Source of the DNA: Balanoglossus misakiensis | Lineage: Eukaryota; Animalia; Hemichordata | Length of the DNA: 64,000 nucleotides | Assembly: GCA_040954595.2 (NCBI GenBank) | Contig: CM082592.2 | Coordinates: forward strand, 3,736,735 to 3,800,734 | Direction: 5' to 3' | Shown here: piece by piece, positions 31,901 to 47,090 of the stretch | Layout: each line of letters opens with the position of its first letter | Position numbering within the stretch: position 1 is the first letter of the stretch | Translations under genes and position numbers: made by a program | The notes under the pieces: model-generated | The model's input: the letters and a program-made list of their open reading frames with translations, nothing else | Database searches by the model: none | What the model was told of the DNA's origin: nothing

Positions 31901-32231
31901 GTATTGAGTCTACCACGGTTCCTTTGTATGTAGAAACTAGCCAGCAGACCATCCATGTAAATACAGTTGTCCAGTGGACGATCGACCATCTTCTCTTTCA
32001 ATTGGCCTTAATAGAAATCTTGACGTCAAATTGGGTCATTCCGCATAACACCTTTACGTCCACAGTTGATCACTAGAGTGTGGCATTCAGTTTTTGATCA
32101 CAGTGCAGTGTATTCACATTCTCTTTGTTCGGTGTATAGACATCATTTCATGCATTTGAAGAGAGTGTTGAATGAGTCTTTTCGCTCGATAGTATGATGC
32201 TATTTCTCTAAGATTAATGTAATTTCAACAT

Positions 32232-32265
<34 letters not shown>

Positions 32266-33320
32266 TCAGAGGACACTACAGACCAAAGTTCAAAGCAACT
32301 GCATGGAAAGTTTCTCAAAATTATTTTATGACCAAAACGACAATAAACTCCAAAAATTACTTTCGTTATACTTTTCTACGTATATTAACCCTAGGATCCT
32401 TCAAACCAATTTACGAATTGCCCCCAAATGCGATAATTTTGCTACACCATTTTGTAGAAGACAACAGTTTCAAAAATAACCGATTTGGCTCAAAAAGAAT
32501 GCATACAATAATTTTAATTCCGAAGTTAGACGACAATCTGGACTGTGTCGCATCGACACTCAATTGAACGAAAGTTGTAAGGGGTTGGAAATACCACGCC
32601 TGTGTTATCATGATATATGAACCCAAGGGCTTTCCTCCTGTGAATTGTGTGCGAGAAAGGTTGCGCCATCTCCTGTGCGCCAGACAAAAAGTGTACCGAC
32701 CCATAAAGAGAGAACAGGACATCTCACACTCCCAGAGTCGACTTAATGTTTTCTTTAAATTCTTGGTGTTCCAATGGAGTCTGTTGGCAACCGTTACGTG
32801 ATAATGGGTGCGTTTGCCCTTTGTCGACGGTATTTTTTCTGAGTCTCTTAGTCTGTGATTCAACTTAGCTGTCTGCCAGTGTAAAACTCTAAATCATGCA
32901 TATACAGTCTTTTCGATTTTAATTATTTTAATTCATTTATCAGGGAAGTATACACATTTTTTTTAACAAAGCAAATATCACACAACGGCGAAAATGCACG
33001 CATATCCTCGACTGGATGTGGCAGTTTCACGCGTCGCTAGCGGGGGCTTTTTCGTACTAGTCAGCCCACAAGAAAATATGAGAAGCACAGCAAATAGCTG
33101 CCATTGTGCTGTGGATAGCTCGGTAGGCTGTATTCACACCCACACCGACAAACCATTGTCAAACATTACAATAACACCGTGAAAGGAAATGAACAAACCA
33201 ATATATGCTATGTGAATAGTCGTCCAAACACTCGGTTACTTTCTCGCATCACTGCCGGCGTAACTTTTGAATGCTAACTAGATGACAAACTTGGCCTTAA
33301 ATCAACACCGTAGTTTACTT

Positions 33321-33323
<3 letters not shown>

Positions 33324-33351
<28 letters not shown>

Positions 33352-33423
33352 CGGGGGGGGGGCATAGAGACAGGGAGAGAAAAACAGACTGAGAGGTGGA
33401 CAGAGAGAGAGAGACACACACAC

Positions 33424-33476
<53 letters not shown>
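33324..33476. repeat. Compound (GA)n/(GACA)n microsatellite
   Basis: Read directly from the sequence. Confidence 0.9.
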
Positions 33477-36400
33477 ATACACGTAAGTTATCAGATTTAG
33501 AAGCTGTCAGATTTCATAGTTAAACCATATAACATTTGTTATCAAGGTGACGGTGTATATCGAACAGATTGACACCACGCTATTTTTTAAAAGTTAACGT
33601 CCACTGTTCTCACGGACACTCTTTGCTCGAACTAACAACGAACACACAGCTGTGAGTTTTCGTTGTTTTGCACAATAATTCTTCTGTTTCCCTTTTCTGT
33701 CTGCGCCCCATCAACATCAAAAGCCACAAACCCTTTCCAGACAAAATGCAAGAAAGCTAAGTCCGCCATTAATGCCACGAAAGGCAAACAATCCATCTTT
33801 GAACAATCGCTCACTACAATACCCTTGTTATCAGCGCTTGGAACTTTTCACGAGCAGAACAAAAGCAGGATATGAGAACGGGCAAGTCGGGGCAGCCTTG
33901 ACCTCCACAATACAACAATTCCAACTTTAAACACCTTTAATTATTTCTACTGTCCACACGCTTTGTCCCGTTCTATCACGGCCCCAGCACAGTTTATATC
34001 CGGCCTTTTATGATCATTTCTCCTCGTTTACTTCTCTGTGCCAACAGTTTTATGACTAGAAACCGCACACATCGAATTCGAATTCTTTTTTAACCGGCGT
34101 TTGAAACTCCTCTGTGATGGCACATTCTGGGGATGAATGATTATTTTTACGGCGAACGAAGCGATTCACGGAGCTTTTTATACTCAGTTGTAACATGGTG
34201 GAGTCAATAAAGTCCAAAACGTGCCGAGACGTGCCACAAACCTCAATCTACACAATCAGATAGAAGAAACTGACCAGTAAAAGTGTATACACTGCTTTGC
34301 CAGCATCATCGGTCTCAATCGTATGGCAGTGGACCATGAAACTACGGATCTCTAGGAAAGTATACACAACTGGACGAGTTTTTGGAAACACCCAAAGATA
34401 AAAAAGAAAGAGAAATGCTTTGTCTTCGCATTTGTTGACTCGGACAGAAGCAGCCTGGACGAAACTAGCAAATATCACAAAAACTTGACATATGGTCAGC
34501 TTTTAAAAAAGTCAACGAAAATAAACCCCATATTGTTTTCTTGGCGAAAAAGTAATATTGACAAAGCAGGAAAATTAACCCTTTCCGATAAACTAGTATT
34601 TCAATAGACGCTTACGCATGTGGTCTGAGTTGCAAGATTTATAACCTTGATTCTTGATTGTGACAATTTATAAACTATTCAGCTTCACTTTTAAATTAGG
34701 AAACATGTATGCCATAAAATATCTGAATATAGTTGGCATTGGATCTTTGAATGGATTACTTTTCAGGATTGATTGCCTGCTGGCATAAAAATAACTCAGT
34801 GAAAATATTTATTACTCCACTAGGATATCAATAACATTAAAATTGTATTGGCGTTGCACCGACAGTACTTAAATATATATAACTCACATTTTGTGGTTTA
34901 CGCGCGCGCCTGTTTGCTGTATAGTTGTGACATGCAAGTCTCTGTCTAAAAATATCTTGTAAACTTATAACCTCTAAAATCCTCTGTTTTCGTGTGGCTT
35001 CACGACTGCAATGACATAATATGCAACTTTTTCTTCTGAACAGCTGATTTGAATCATGAACTTGAAAGTCGCGGTATAATGGTACCGTCATTATGCACAG
35101 TACATGGAAACATTGAACCAAGAATTTATGTCAAAGATTTTCACAGGGGTAAGATTGTACAGGGGCCAATAAACTATGATTGTGTGTTATTTTTTACCTA
35201 TAAAAGATATTAATATATCTAGACATATTATATTAAAGGTACGTGGGGTCCTGTAATAATTGACCAGGTTCGTTCTCCCCGACATACCGTCACATCTTTG
35301 CCATCTTGTACGTTTAATTAGTAAACAGGTGGCGTTCTCTCGGGGGGATTTATTGCGAGGAAGTTAATCACCGGTAGTACGTACGTGTAGGGTCTATGGT
35401 ATAACCAATTGAGCACTGCACGTTTAGCAGGCGTTTTACCGAAGATTAGACTCGTATTACCACTGTCTCGAAATGCACACAAACATGTTAAATCCGCCCA
35501 GCGTATGCTTCCATCAAAGATAGTACCCTGTTTATCACATTCAGACACGTTTTGGCTGACATCAGTAAACGTTGTATTTGGTTTTCTTGGCGACGTACAT
35601 CGAGATGCCAACTCGCCGGTTTCTAAGCGTGCAGGTGCGACTGTCAAACAGTGGATATATTTGCAATCGATAGAAGTTCAGACTTCCTTGTTTACCCACT
35701 TGATGCGTTCCTTCGCTGAGCGCGAAAGGCCAACTTTGTCACCGCTCGATCGGAGTCCACCGCGTGTGAATCAACGCGTCGCTTGCAGTCGATATAAAAC
35801 CTTCAGTGAAGGTGGACATGTGCGTCAACTCAACTTGGATTCTTTGACAATAAATCCACAGTTGTTTCAAAGAGCTTATAATCAATACTCCCACCTACTT
35901 ATGTATGAGAGTAGCTTTGTCCTGCGTAATTTCACCTTTGTTTTATTTTTATGACGCACGGATAAGTCAGTAATTACCTCTATCAAACGCAGAGATGTTT
36001 TCACTTGCAACGTGAAAGCGGTTGATTGCTGTTCGATCGCGTCACAGTAAAACAAAGTTAATCTGTTTCGAGCTGTATTGACGATTCGTGTTTCAGTCAG
36101 TCGATCGCGATGATGTCGACAGGACAGGGGATGACGTAACACACAGTGGAATGTCACTGCCGATTACCTAATACACGGTAGTTATATGAATAGCCACTGC
36201 TATTGTACGGCAGACGACAAGTAAAATTTGAAAACTGGCGCCATTTTGTTGGTGGTCGTGGAAGTAAAATGGCAATGTGAATTTTGGTGTTGATTCACGG
36301 AGCTCTAACGATGCGACATTGACGGTGACAAGAATGTCACATAAAGTGAATTGTGTGAAACCATTGGTGTTTGTTTATTCATGTATCAACATCACCACAC

Positions 36401-36545
36401 CATCATCGATCATATTCATTCAAAATACGTCGTGTAGTTGTAGATCGTGGAGTTAAATTATTATAATGGTGGCGACGGATATGTATTGTGACAAGAGCTC
36501 ACGAGTGTTATTATTGTTATGTCTACATTGTGAGGTGGGTAATTG

Positions 36546-36586
<41 letters not shown>

Positions 36587-36601
36587 GGGAGGAGGAGGAG
36601 G
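36546..36601. repeat. (TGA)n(GGA)n microsatellite
   Basis: Read directly; explains the spurious poly-His ORF. Confidence 0.9.
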
Positions 36602-38077
36602 ACTTCGACGATGATGTAATATTGCTGATAAATTAAATAGCACAAATGCTATCGAAGAAGACTCCATGACCACTGGCTATTTTCAAGCAAAGCGAGAAGC
36701 GTAAAGCATTTGAGGGTCAAAGGTGTGACGGGTGGGTCACCTACAACGTCACGAAAAGAACGAACGCCGCGGGTGCCGTGTGCTTGCTTTATTATTTGTA
36801 CAAAAGTTTGTTCTACCTGTGCTTGAGGGTGCGGCGTCTGCGCCATGCATGTTCCTACGCAGAAGCCATGACATGCCGTAAATCGATCACGGATCCTTAT
36901 CTAAGATGACGTCAACCTTCTTCAAGAACACATAACTCGAGTCAATCAAAGCGTCAAGACGTTTATTGTATTCGGGTTCGAACATTTATTTTGAATTTTA
37001 CTGGAGAATAAAACGTGAGATATCTGGAATGCTCACAACAGATCGATGTTTTATTCGGAATTGTGTAAAGGACTGGAATTCCTCACAAGTCCATCTATTG
37101 TGAATGTGAATGAGTCACGCTGAGACCAATAAACACGTATCAGTAAATGTGTTTTTAAAGTCGTCTCATTCCACGTCCTTGAGCACTGACTGTGTAACCT
37201 ATGACAATAACTTCACCTTTCTATTGTGTCTGGTAATTGATGACGTCACATCCGCCAGAAATACAAAAACTATCAGACACCAATTTTTAACTGCACTGTC
37301 GAACTGTTATACCGTTTTCTTTACATTGATGGTTGAAGTCCCCTAATGTCTGAGTTGGTATAGGTTATAGCTTCAAACATGTACACGAATATGCGCATTG
37401 GCATGAGAATGTACGCAATGTGTAATTTCAATGATGAATGTTGGTTCATCATCCATATATCTTAACAACAGACACTGGGAACTCAAGTGATAGGACTAAA
37501 ACGCTGCATAACGGATATCGGGCGCGAATGGTGTTTCCGTTTAAGCGATAAGAGGTGTGAACAGCTTGCGGAAATTCGTGCCACGAGGTGTAACGGTGAA
37601 AGGAGATTTAGTGCGAGAGGTCAGCTAAGGTTAATGGCCGGAATAAGGCTATTTGTGCTTGTGGTCTCGAAAACCAACCACCAGAGGTTTTCCATTTAGA
37701 TCGGGATAATGTTGAGATGCACTTAACGGAAAGTATAAAACCAACAAAACGTCTACTATCCAGAAGTAGTTTCTTCGAGGTGAAGCAATGGGATTACTTA
37801 ATGCATGGAGGTAGAAAAGTTAAGGGTATTATAAACAGTGCACCTTCAGAAAACGATGACTATCATGGTTACATATTAAATGGGCAAGCTTAAACATCCA
37901 TTAGTTATAATCTTTTGGCATTTCTAGTATTTCTGTTTTGTGTATATACTGCAATTTCTTGGTCGAATCACTGACGCATGACTGAATGCCCAGTACTAAG
38001 CTGATCCACACAACCTGTAAGCGTATAGTCACCACGATTATTATTGGTGAAAACTGTATTCGGGCCCGGACTATAAT

Positions 38078-38126
38078 TCGTCGTCGTCGTCGTCGTCAAC
38101 AACAACAACAACAACAACAACAACAA
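38078..38126. repeat. (TCG)n(CAA)n microsatellite
   Basis: Read directly from the sequence. Confidence 0.9.
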
Positions 38127-41100
38127 AAACTAGTATGTGCAGATTTCAGCACGTATGTCATCTGGTCGGACCTATTTCCATAATTGTAAGGTAGAAATCT
38201 CACATAACACCGACAAATGTTTGATTTTTATTTGTCCAGATAAAAGAAAAAACACGCAGATTTGTCCACGCATTGTTATGGGGCTAAGAAGAGAATCGGT
38301 CATTATGTTCAAATTACCGGGTGTGACACAATGCAAGTTGTTGCTTCACCAGTATATCACAGGGATTACGCCTGCGATTATCGTTCTCTGTTGGCGTTTA
38401 GACGTTAATCGCCACTTTCAAGAACCCAGACAAACTTGGAATTGATCCAATAAGGGTGTTCACTTGACCATGGACAGTCTACGACTCGAATCCAACGCCG
38501 CCATCTTTTCCAGCCCCAACAGTGGCGTCTTTCAACGCGGCAGGCAGCCAGAGCGCGGAAAAGTGACTTCTTTTTAAAGAGCGACACCGACACAAAACCC
38601 TGCCCATGTGACATTGCTTTCAACCACTTTACAGCGGTAAATTTAAGGTTGCCTCGTAATACAATGGACGTGTTACTTAATCAGCTTTCTTCTGGTAACA
38701 AAAGACGCGCTACTAACAGCAAAGAATACCCGCCAGGCAGAGCACACTGTAGAGGCAAGTTAAAAAAAGACAAGAATTGAGATCGCAGCCTGGGTTAAGT
38801 GACAGTGTATATGACTGGAAGCCGTGATTTGAGCGTGAGCTTATTAAAAGTCGCGCGGGCTTCAAATATCAACGATGTACTTAATATTACCATTTTCACA
38901 AAGGCAGTAACTTTTGTTATGTTTATATGTTGGCGTGAGTTCAATAAGCTTGTAGAACTGCCTTCCAACTCAAACCAGGGCCTAAAGATGTTCAATAAAG
39001 AAACTCTTATGGGGAAAAAACTAGAATGTTTAAAAGGCATGCAGCGAACAGAGACAGAAGTAATTCGGGGTGGGTGCTTAGAGGGGGGGGGGGTTTAATC
39101 GTATTTTTTGCATTCATCAATTTCAATGTCAGATAAATCTGTTTTGGTGCGTTTTTGTCAATGTGATTTTATTCTTCTATACAATTTAAAGCTTTCCGCA
39201 TTTTATTGGCACAACAAAGTGTATGTGTGTGAGTCGCATGCTTCAAGTACGGAGGAGTGATTTACTGAAGGGTACTTGCAGTCGTAATGGGGGGATTTCT
39301 TGACTTTTGACTTGCCAATGTTGTCAACAGTACGACCGTTCAAAAAAGGTTCATGTTTGTTGACACGTACTGACAAAATAGCATTCGTGATATGTGGTCG
39401 AGTCGTGATCTCGGTGACATCCACAATGGCGAACGACGAGACTTTCTAAATTTATGACAAGCGCCATTATGGTCACGCCTTCGTGCGGCGAGTGGCAATA
39501 TGGCCGCTGCACAAATGTGAACCACGGTACTAAACTGCACACTGCTTGTGAATGGAACAAGAAAACTCTCTGTTACATATTTAGAATGATCATCTTGGTG
39601 CAGAATTTCAAAATGTCCACCCCCGGTGTTTGCGTTATTAGTCTCAAAACACTCCACCTGCGTTCCATTCTTGACACCTTGCCCTATCTTGAGCGCAACA
39701 TACCAACGCACACATGTGTCGGTCGTTTCTGGGGACGAGCGAGAAATGCCGACATTTTAGTAGTGTCAAACTCGACCCCGTGTTTCTCTGTCGAGTGGGT
39801 CCGTTTCTATGGCGACCGAAATGCGTCTGTCACGCAGACGACGGGGTCAGAGTACACACATTGATAATGCAGTTTTGATTTAGACAGTACTGGTGACTAG
39901 GGCGAGTTTTCTTTGTCTTTCATGAACCGGTCAATGCTTATGTTTGGATCAGAGGAGGATTTTGTGACCCACTCGAATTATTTGGTCAAATATCGTCCTC
40001 TGTGGTATAAATACACGCATATATGATGCCAGTAATCATTCGATGTTGATGACACGAAAACTTTGAAGTGTTCGATTTGGAAATTTAGCAGTTTGGTTGA
40101 CGTGTTGTGTAACTATAAGGAAACGACATGGAAACGTCGCATTCCTCAACCTCCGTTTGAAGTTCGAGAACAACCCCCTTCTTTGCTGGCATACTTGCTC
40201 GATATGCCAATATATAGATACATGCATGCACAGGTACCAAAATAATGAGTACGTGGTACTTGAATGGAAAATGGCTTGCATGGTACTGTGATGTTGTGCT
40301 CGAATTAGATATTCGTAAAATTTGAACGACATTGGAATCTGAATGTCACACAGAGGTGGGGACGCGGCAAATGACTATTATCAAAGATGCGAGCGTAATC
40401 AAACCAAACAGTAGTTGTTGATAAACTAATTACGTATACTCCGTGCTCTACCAAAGCGTGGAGAACGTTCAATGTCACACGGAGACGATATGTACACACG
40501 GTAATGAGTTAACTGTACAACTCGATTATCGTATACAGGTGAATACTGTATAATCTGACATTCAGACAATAACATACATGCAGATCATTAGACGTTCTTC
40601 AGTGGTCGTTCTGGCGGGAAAATTTATGATGAACGGAAACAAATATCCCGAATCAAATCCACTGCCCCACAGACCAATACACACAAAATTTTTGAAGTAC
40701 TAGCCGAGTTTGTTATTTTTATGGCACAACCCGCCTGCTCATTACGACCTGTATATTTTACATCCGCGCAAAACTGAGCTCGGCTTATTGTGGGTCCACC
40801 ACAACTGTTCAGGGGTAGATATATTAAGCTGTCATGACCCCTGACCCAGTGTTCGAATACCGATGGAATTACAGACGACATCTGCGTGTACAACAAGCAC
40901 CGACATGTTCGTGAATGCGCGCCGAACAGTGAAGCGCGGAAGATTTACAAGGAGCCCGGGTCTGTTGCTTAGCAACCAAGCTGTTGACGGCAGCCATTAC
41001 CCCCTTCCATTTTTGTTTTGCAACGGTCGAAAATGGCGTCTGAAATTGGTGGGACTGTGGAGTGTTTGATACTCTCCGGTTTCGTTCCAGGGATTAAGCA

Positions 41101-41432
41101 CTAAAAGTAATTGGACTTTGGCTATTCATCTTCGGAATGGCCTCGAGTATTTGCTATCGGCTCTTTGTTCACTTGCTGTTCAATTTTAGGGGGGAGGGGG
41201 CGATTCTGTAACAGTGTTGAGTAGTTGGCATGCTGTAATCCTGTTCAACGTTCTCCGCATGGCTTCACTCTGTAATATACCATTCATCGACGATTCCCCG
41301 CACAAAGTCTTCACCGAGCTATAAAACTGTCAGTACAAAACGTCAGCTTTTGTATATATAAAAAAAACCAGCTGCTCAGAATATTCAGAAGTGCAAACAA
41401 CTCGATGAAAAATTAACCCCCTTGCAAATGAC

Positions 41433-41449
41433 GACAGCAACAACACCAA

Positions 41450-41481
<32 letters not shown>

Positions 41482-41588
41482 TACATACATACATACATAC
41501 ATACACAACAACGATGATAATGACGACGACGACAACAACAACAACGACGACGACTTCAACAAATTGATGACGAAGACATTGACAACAG

Positions 41589-41619
<31 letters not shown>

Positions 41620-41640
41620 AACAACAACAACAACAACAGT
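41433..41640. repeat. Compound (CAA)n/(ACAT)n/(GAC)n microsatellite
   Basis: Read directly from the sequence. Confidence 0.9.
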
Positions 41641-43928
41641 GACGTCAACAGCATATAACTGAAAGTAGGCAAACACAGTGCAGTCACTCTGACAAACAAT
41701 TTATAATAAACCGTAATGATGAGGTTTTTGGAATAAACGCACTTGATATAACGCAGGAAAACCGATTCTAAACTCAAAGGAGCTGACCATCGATCGTCGC
41801 TGCGAGTGCCGTGGAGTACGTCCTTAAATTAGTTTTCAAGTGTTTTCAAAATATGTAAAGTAGTTTAGTAGACAGGGCCTCACTCCCACTCGCCGCACCT
41901 ATCTAAAACTCGTTCCACATTTCGTAACAACCCGAGTATTTACTGTTTTATTTAATCGAAACGCGACCTCTGATCAGCAGACCCCGTCTGTCCACAAGCA
42001 AGATCTTAAAACGGTCAGAGGTCAACTTGACGCGTAAAGTACGGAAATATCCTTAGAAACGCAATCGCCTAATTTATACAACGGATGAAAGTTCGAATGA
42101 CGTATATCACAGCGAAATGTATTGTAATTTCTTCAAGCGCAACATTCGATTTACTTTTGTGTACCCATGCAGCGGAAGGCAAATACATATTGGCCAATTA
42201 CTTTTAAATTGACAATCGTCAGAGTTGAAAATCTTTACATGAATACCTTTTGAACAGTGGTAAAAACAATAAAAACACATAATGTAATAAACCGCCACAT
42301 TTCACAGTTATGTAAACATTCCGTAATACACGTATAAATGGTTTTAATTTCCTCGACAGTCAGTTGGACAAACAAGTAAATTTAATAACATAGGTACTTC
42401 TAAGGATCCAGCCACCATGGTCTGTTCTGTACAGTTTGCAGATAAGCTGATCTCTCATATCCCTTTTGCAGGATGTCAAGTCAAAACGATGATATCAGAT
42501 ATCCGAAAGTCTCATTTTTATTGGACGGGGTCACGAGGTCAACAAGAACCAAACGAAGGGAAGTGTCAGTTGCATAATATGATCCACTAATCCTGCGTGT
42601 GTCTTAAGGAAACATGGCGGAGAGAATTCGATATCCGAAAGTTTACACCCTCGCCAGTTTTACATGAAAGTAATTTTAGTCTCAGAATCCCCAGATATGT
42701 TTTATTGGTCAAATTAATCAGCCGTCGAACGTTCGTTCTTGCTGTCCTACCCACTGTTTGGTGAAAACGTGCAATATAATAATTTTGAGATTAGACAATT
42801 TCAACGCATATCGTACATATTTGTGAGCACCGTTTGGCCAAAAGTCATTCCAGCATTGTCTATAGCCGTAGAACAAGTACGTCATTTAAAGAGCACTACA
42901 TAAGCACGTTATTTAAATAGCTCCTCGGATTTCATGCATAACTACTAGTATTTCAACAACAATATAGCCACTAAAACATATTTTAAAAGAGGACCTGCCC
43001 ATAACAAGAAGTGGCGTCGTGGTGATTTCGAACATGATTTGGAATTCTCCCACGCTGAGAAGGTTTGCGAAACCCGAATTGGTCGATTCCATTGTTTCGC
43101 TCGCAATAAATCCCTCTAAAGCACCACACTATGGATGTTTTGTTCACCCTGGCTGGTGCGTGCTGGCTTTTAGCCCATTTAATTAGAGCGAGTTAACAAG
43201 TCCACACAATATAGCACGTTTTACACGGTTCGATATCACGATCGATGCAGTAACCTACAATTGCCCGGCGTCGCAGCAGTGGAACACTGCGCTGGGGGCC
43301 AAAACAATGAAAAGGCGAGCCAGCTTTGCTGGCGTTTTAATTTTTGGGCGGTGCAAAGGTTCTCCCTTCTCACAACATATCAAATTATTTGGTGGAAGAA
43401 GCTAATACTGGAGCTGACACGGTATATGTGGTGTACCCCTGGCGAGTTCATGTCCCTGGGTCTATATACTACAATAGCAGAGTGTCACCCCTTTGTCGCC
43501 TGTATCTAGCCTTGGGTGATTCACCCAATATTAGACGCACGCTGCGCAGTGTCTTTCTCCGAGCAATGCACCCACCTCCGCACTAACTATCTGACAGCTA
43601 CCGGAGTGTTCTGAGTTCAAGTGGGTTCTTCCTGCAAACTTACAAAGTGCCAGTGTTTGTGCACATACACGCCGGATCAAAAAAAAATAAATTGGCAATT
43701 CCTGTTATGAACTGAGGGAGTGGTGACCAAGATGAAAACATTGCATTGGGGGTATGGACCCGGGTTTTTGTGTTGACGTGTTGGAACCCTGCCATCAAAA
43801 GGTGTGCATTGTTGAATAAAAGCGCTGAATCGAGCCGTTAACCTTATCAAGAGTGAGCAAACAGAGCGATACTGAGCCAGTGTTTGAATGCTCTCGGATC
43901 AGCGTAGATCAGAAGTGGGGCTACCTAC

Positions 43929-44555
43929 CATCTCGTCCAGCGACATGACATCGCACGTTTTCTTCTGGACGAATTTGATCGGCGGTTCCTCGCCGGCTAT
44001 TTCGGCCTCGATCTCCCGTTCCATCTGAATGATCATGGGGGCTTCCATTCCAAACTTCGCCCCGCGCCGCGCCAGCTCCAGCAAGCACAGCACAAAACTT
44101 TTCTCGTTCTTCCGCAGAACCAAATCGTCCGTTTCGAACAACAGCACGTCTTTGACACCGAGCGAATGCCGACACCAGTATATGAAATTGCTGATATTAT
44201 CCCGGGCCATGAAAGTTCCAGGCGGAGCGAGCGGTTTGTACCGTATTTCTTTTTCCGGAATCTGGAGTCCATTTCTGGGCGAGTTTTCCCCCAACGATTT
44301 CCTGAACTCTATGGCAGCTTTGTGGACGTTGTTGGCATGTTGGCACAGAACGATGCCGGACTCCAGTTTCTCCAAGAAGTTATCGGCTGTAAGATCCAGG
44401 TTGTACATGTCATTGAACCACTCCGCCAAGTCCTCTTTCATGGCGTAGATATAGTCACGGTTCGACTTGAATCCCCGTATCGGCGTGGCCTCCCATTTCT
44501 TGTTGTACAGATTGCTGTACGGGTCGGCCAGCTCCTCGGTGTCCGAATCTCCCAT
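43929..44555 (-). CDS. GAS2L: GAS2-like protein (GAS2L1/2, pickled eggs type), coding exon 1 with calponin-homology domain
   Basis: [10 protein letters not shown]...[12 protein letters not shown]...[14 protein letters not shown]...[27 protein letters not shown]; donor SLDEM|GTAGGT joins exon 2 in phase 0 across a ~14.9-kb intron. Confidence 0.95.
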
Positions 44556-47090
44556 TTTCGGTCGTCAGTCGACGAGAGAACCGCCAAGAAAAGCGCGGGC
44601 GAACGACACCCGAAAGGAACCGACGCGATATTTTGACAGACTGCGTGTATAAAGCGACAACACACTATAGACACCCGACTCGACGACTCCCAGGTAGTAA
44701 AATACACAGTCCAGTATGCAGGTCACGTGACCGGAGACACGGGGGATTCTCTGTACACGGCCAAACAATAGTCGGTGATTTGTTTGTTGTGTATTGACAA
44801 ATGTGCGAGTTTAAACCGTGTACCTGGCTCACTCCCGTCGATCGCGGTCCTGCTCCAAACGCTGCTGTGTCAGTCTGACCACGAAACACAGCTCCGCCGC
44901 GAGCTTTTACAATCTCCAATGTTGATATCGTTACATGACAAGTGTTGGAATGTTTCACAGCCATACGTCCTTGCGCACCTTGGGCTCGTACCATATGGTG
45001 GCGCCATTCTACCAAGATCTGACAAAAGTTACGCAGCTTCCGGTCATATGCAAAGCTTTCCGAGGGTATCGTCCTTCGAAATGACCCTAATGTCGTCAGC
45101 GATTTCCCACCTACCTCTATATGTCTATTGAAACTCAGGGGCAAAGAGTCTGCAAGTTTCCTCTAATATAATGTGCCCATCCGTCCGCCTCTGTTAGAGG
45201 CACCATAGACTGCTGGTGCACGTGTACCCGAAGTGACCCAAAAGCCACATCAGCTTAAGGTCATTCTTCTGGAAGTTGTTCGAGGCATCACAAATGATGG
45301 GGGGGGGGGGGGGGGGTACAATCTGGAAAAGGAACTCAAAACTGTGACATGACCTCTCATCCGTTTCCACATTGACTCGGTGCTCCGCGTGATCAATAAT
45401 TTCTTGACCATTACACGCATATGGAAGTGATCAGGGGACCCGTTTCTCTGAATGCAATAGTATGCCACTCTTCCTAAATATCTGAGTCATCAAGTTCGTT
45501 CCCAACGATTTCTATAATTTTTCTCTGACGGAACAATTGATATCTGACGTATAGCTTAAGACAAGAATCCAGTGTCACCAAATTAATTTGTGAAGCCAGA
45601 AGGACTAAATATCACGGAGTTATAGAAAATTTTATCCGATATTTTTAAAAGAAGAGACTAGAATCCTATCTTCAATCCCCAGTCATACTAATGTAGAGTT
45701 TCTACTACCCCCTAGTATTAGAATGGGCGCTTTAAAAATCACAATGACGTCTACACATTTACAAGACCCCATAATCTTAATATGATCATACAAACAGGCG
45801 ACTGTCCGCTTTTTACGATTCTGTCGAGATGTCTCTCATTTGCTTTCCATGTCAATTTGACCAAGTTGACATTTCAGTCACCGTGACACAATTTCCATTG
45901 TAGATATGTTCGCCATTGTGACTCCGATCATCCCCATCTAATCTCTGAAATGTTTACTCATCGCTCTGGGGTCAAGGGTGCGCGATGTAACAACGGGATG
46001 CGTGACAGATCATCGCGGGGATATTGGCGTTGTTACCAGTCAGCGCTGCGCCAAACCGTCGCATGGGGACCGCAGCGATGCAAATATGTCAATACGCATG
46101 ATGGCAAACACCAAGTTCAAGTGGATAGTATTGACAGATACAACAAACTGTTTAGTGTGAAGTTTAGAACTACCAGCTGCAGACTGTCTGACTTACACGC
46201 ATTGTAGAATGAAACATTGTTCGTAAATATGAACACAGACAGTGGATATGAACAAGACGGCTGCTCGGTTCAGTCAGAGATCATTTGGTAGTGTTTTACC
46301 CACTGCATGTGAAATTCAAGTTCATTGGTCATGAGAAGACTTGTAGATCAAGGACGAGTATTTTCTGAAGCCAATGGGTCACTGTTGTATGCAAATCACC
46401 CTATAGTCTTTCTTCCAACGAATTGAACGAATCTGTCACCACATAAAAGGAAATATGTCTATTGGGGAGAACTCCGATGGATCAACAGTCGTCATAAAAC
46501 AAGGAAGCGAAAGTTGCTGTTAAACTTTCGAGAAGTTATGAATGATATTTTTTTTTAATATACACAGAAAACAGGAAACTGTGGTAATCTAAAGCCGACA
46601 TTTCTTATTTGTTCAAATGTAATCAAGGTCACCGATCCATATTTATTTCCGTACATGTTTTAAAGATTTTCTGGAATAACAGCGGTACTTTCTTTTCATT
46701 TAAGTCTGTCCCACAAGAAAGCTAAAAAAAATCCCACATGTTTAACCAAGAACTTCGGAGGTATACACTGATAGTGGACAGACACATAGGTAAAGATAGC
46801 TGAGGGTTTAGGGTAACATAATGCAATTTATTTTATTGATAATAATCAACCAATAACTGATAAAATATTAGTAAGCATGCCATATAATCCCTGTGATCAA
46901 TTGGTCAATACACGATTTCCCATTCCATCTTTCAGCGTAGCCTGAGAGGGCGCCGCGTATAATATCTTCATTTGGTGTAGCCCCTCCAGAGGGCGCCGCG
47001 CATATCTTCATTTGGAACGCGTTTATTATTTATACATTATAGGATTTATCATATATTCATTCATTGTAGCCTCTCTTTCAATTGTTTAAT

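Noticed and set aside
30900-32180. Possible highly decayed RTE-type LINE remnant on the minus strand
   Set aside because: Only a faint resemblance (MRNDPI*RQDFY*GQLKE) with many stops; not supportable by eye.
35318-35954. ORFs 35318-35647 and 35409-35954, including a GNTSLIF string like GAS2 exon 2
   Set aside because: The real exon 2 is at 28881-28988; these ORFs have no recognisable domain and lie in an intron.
36461-41777. Poly-His, poly-Gln/Arg, poly-Val/Cys and poly-Leu ORFs
   Set aside because: They are translations of trinucleotide microsatellites.
43921-44768. Multiple overlapping ORFs around GAS2L exon 1
   Set aside because: Shadow ORFs of a GC-rich coding exon; the same applies to those over the GNAT and sulfotransferase genes.
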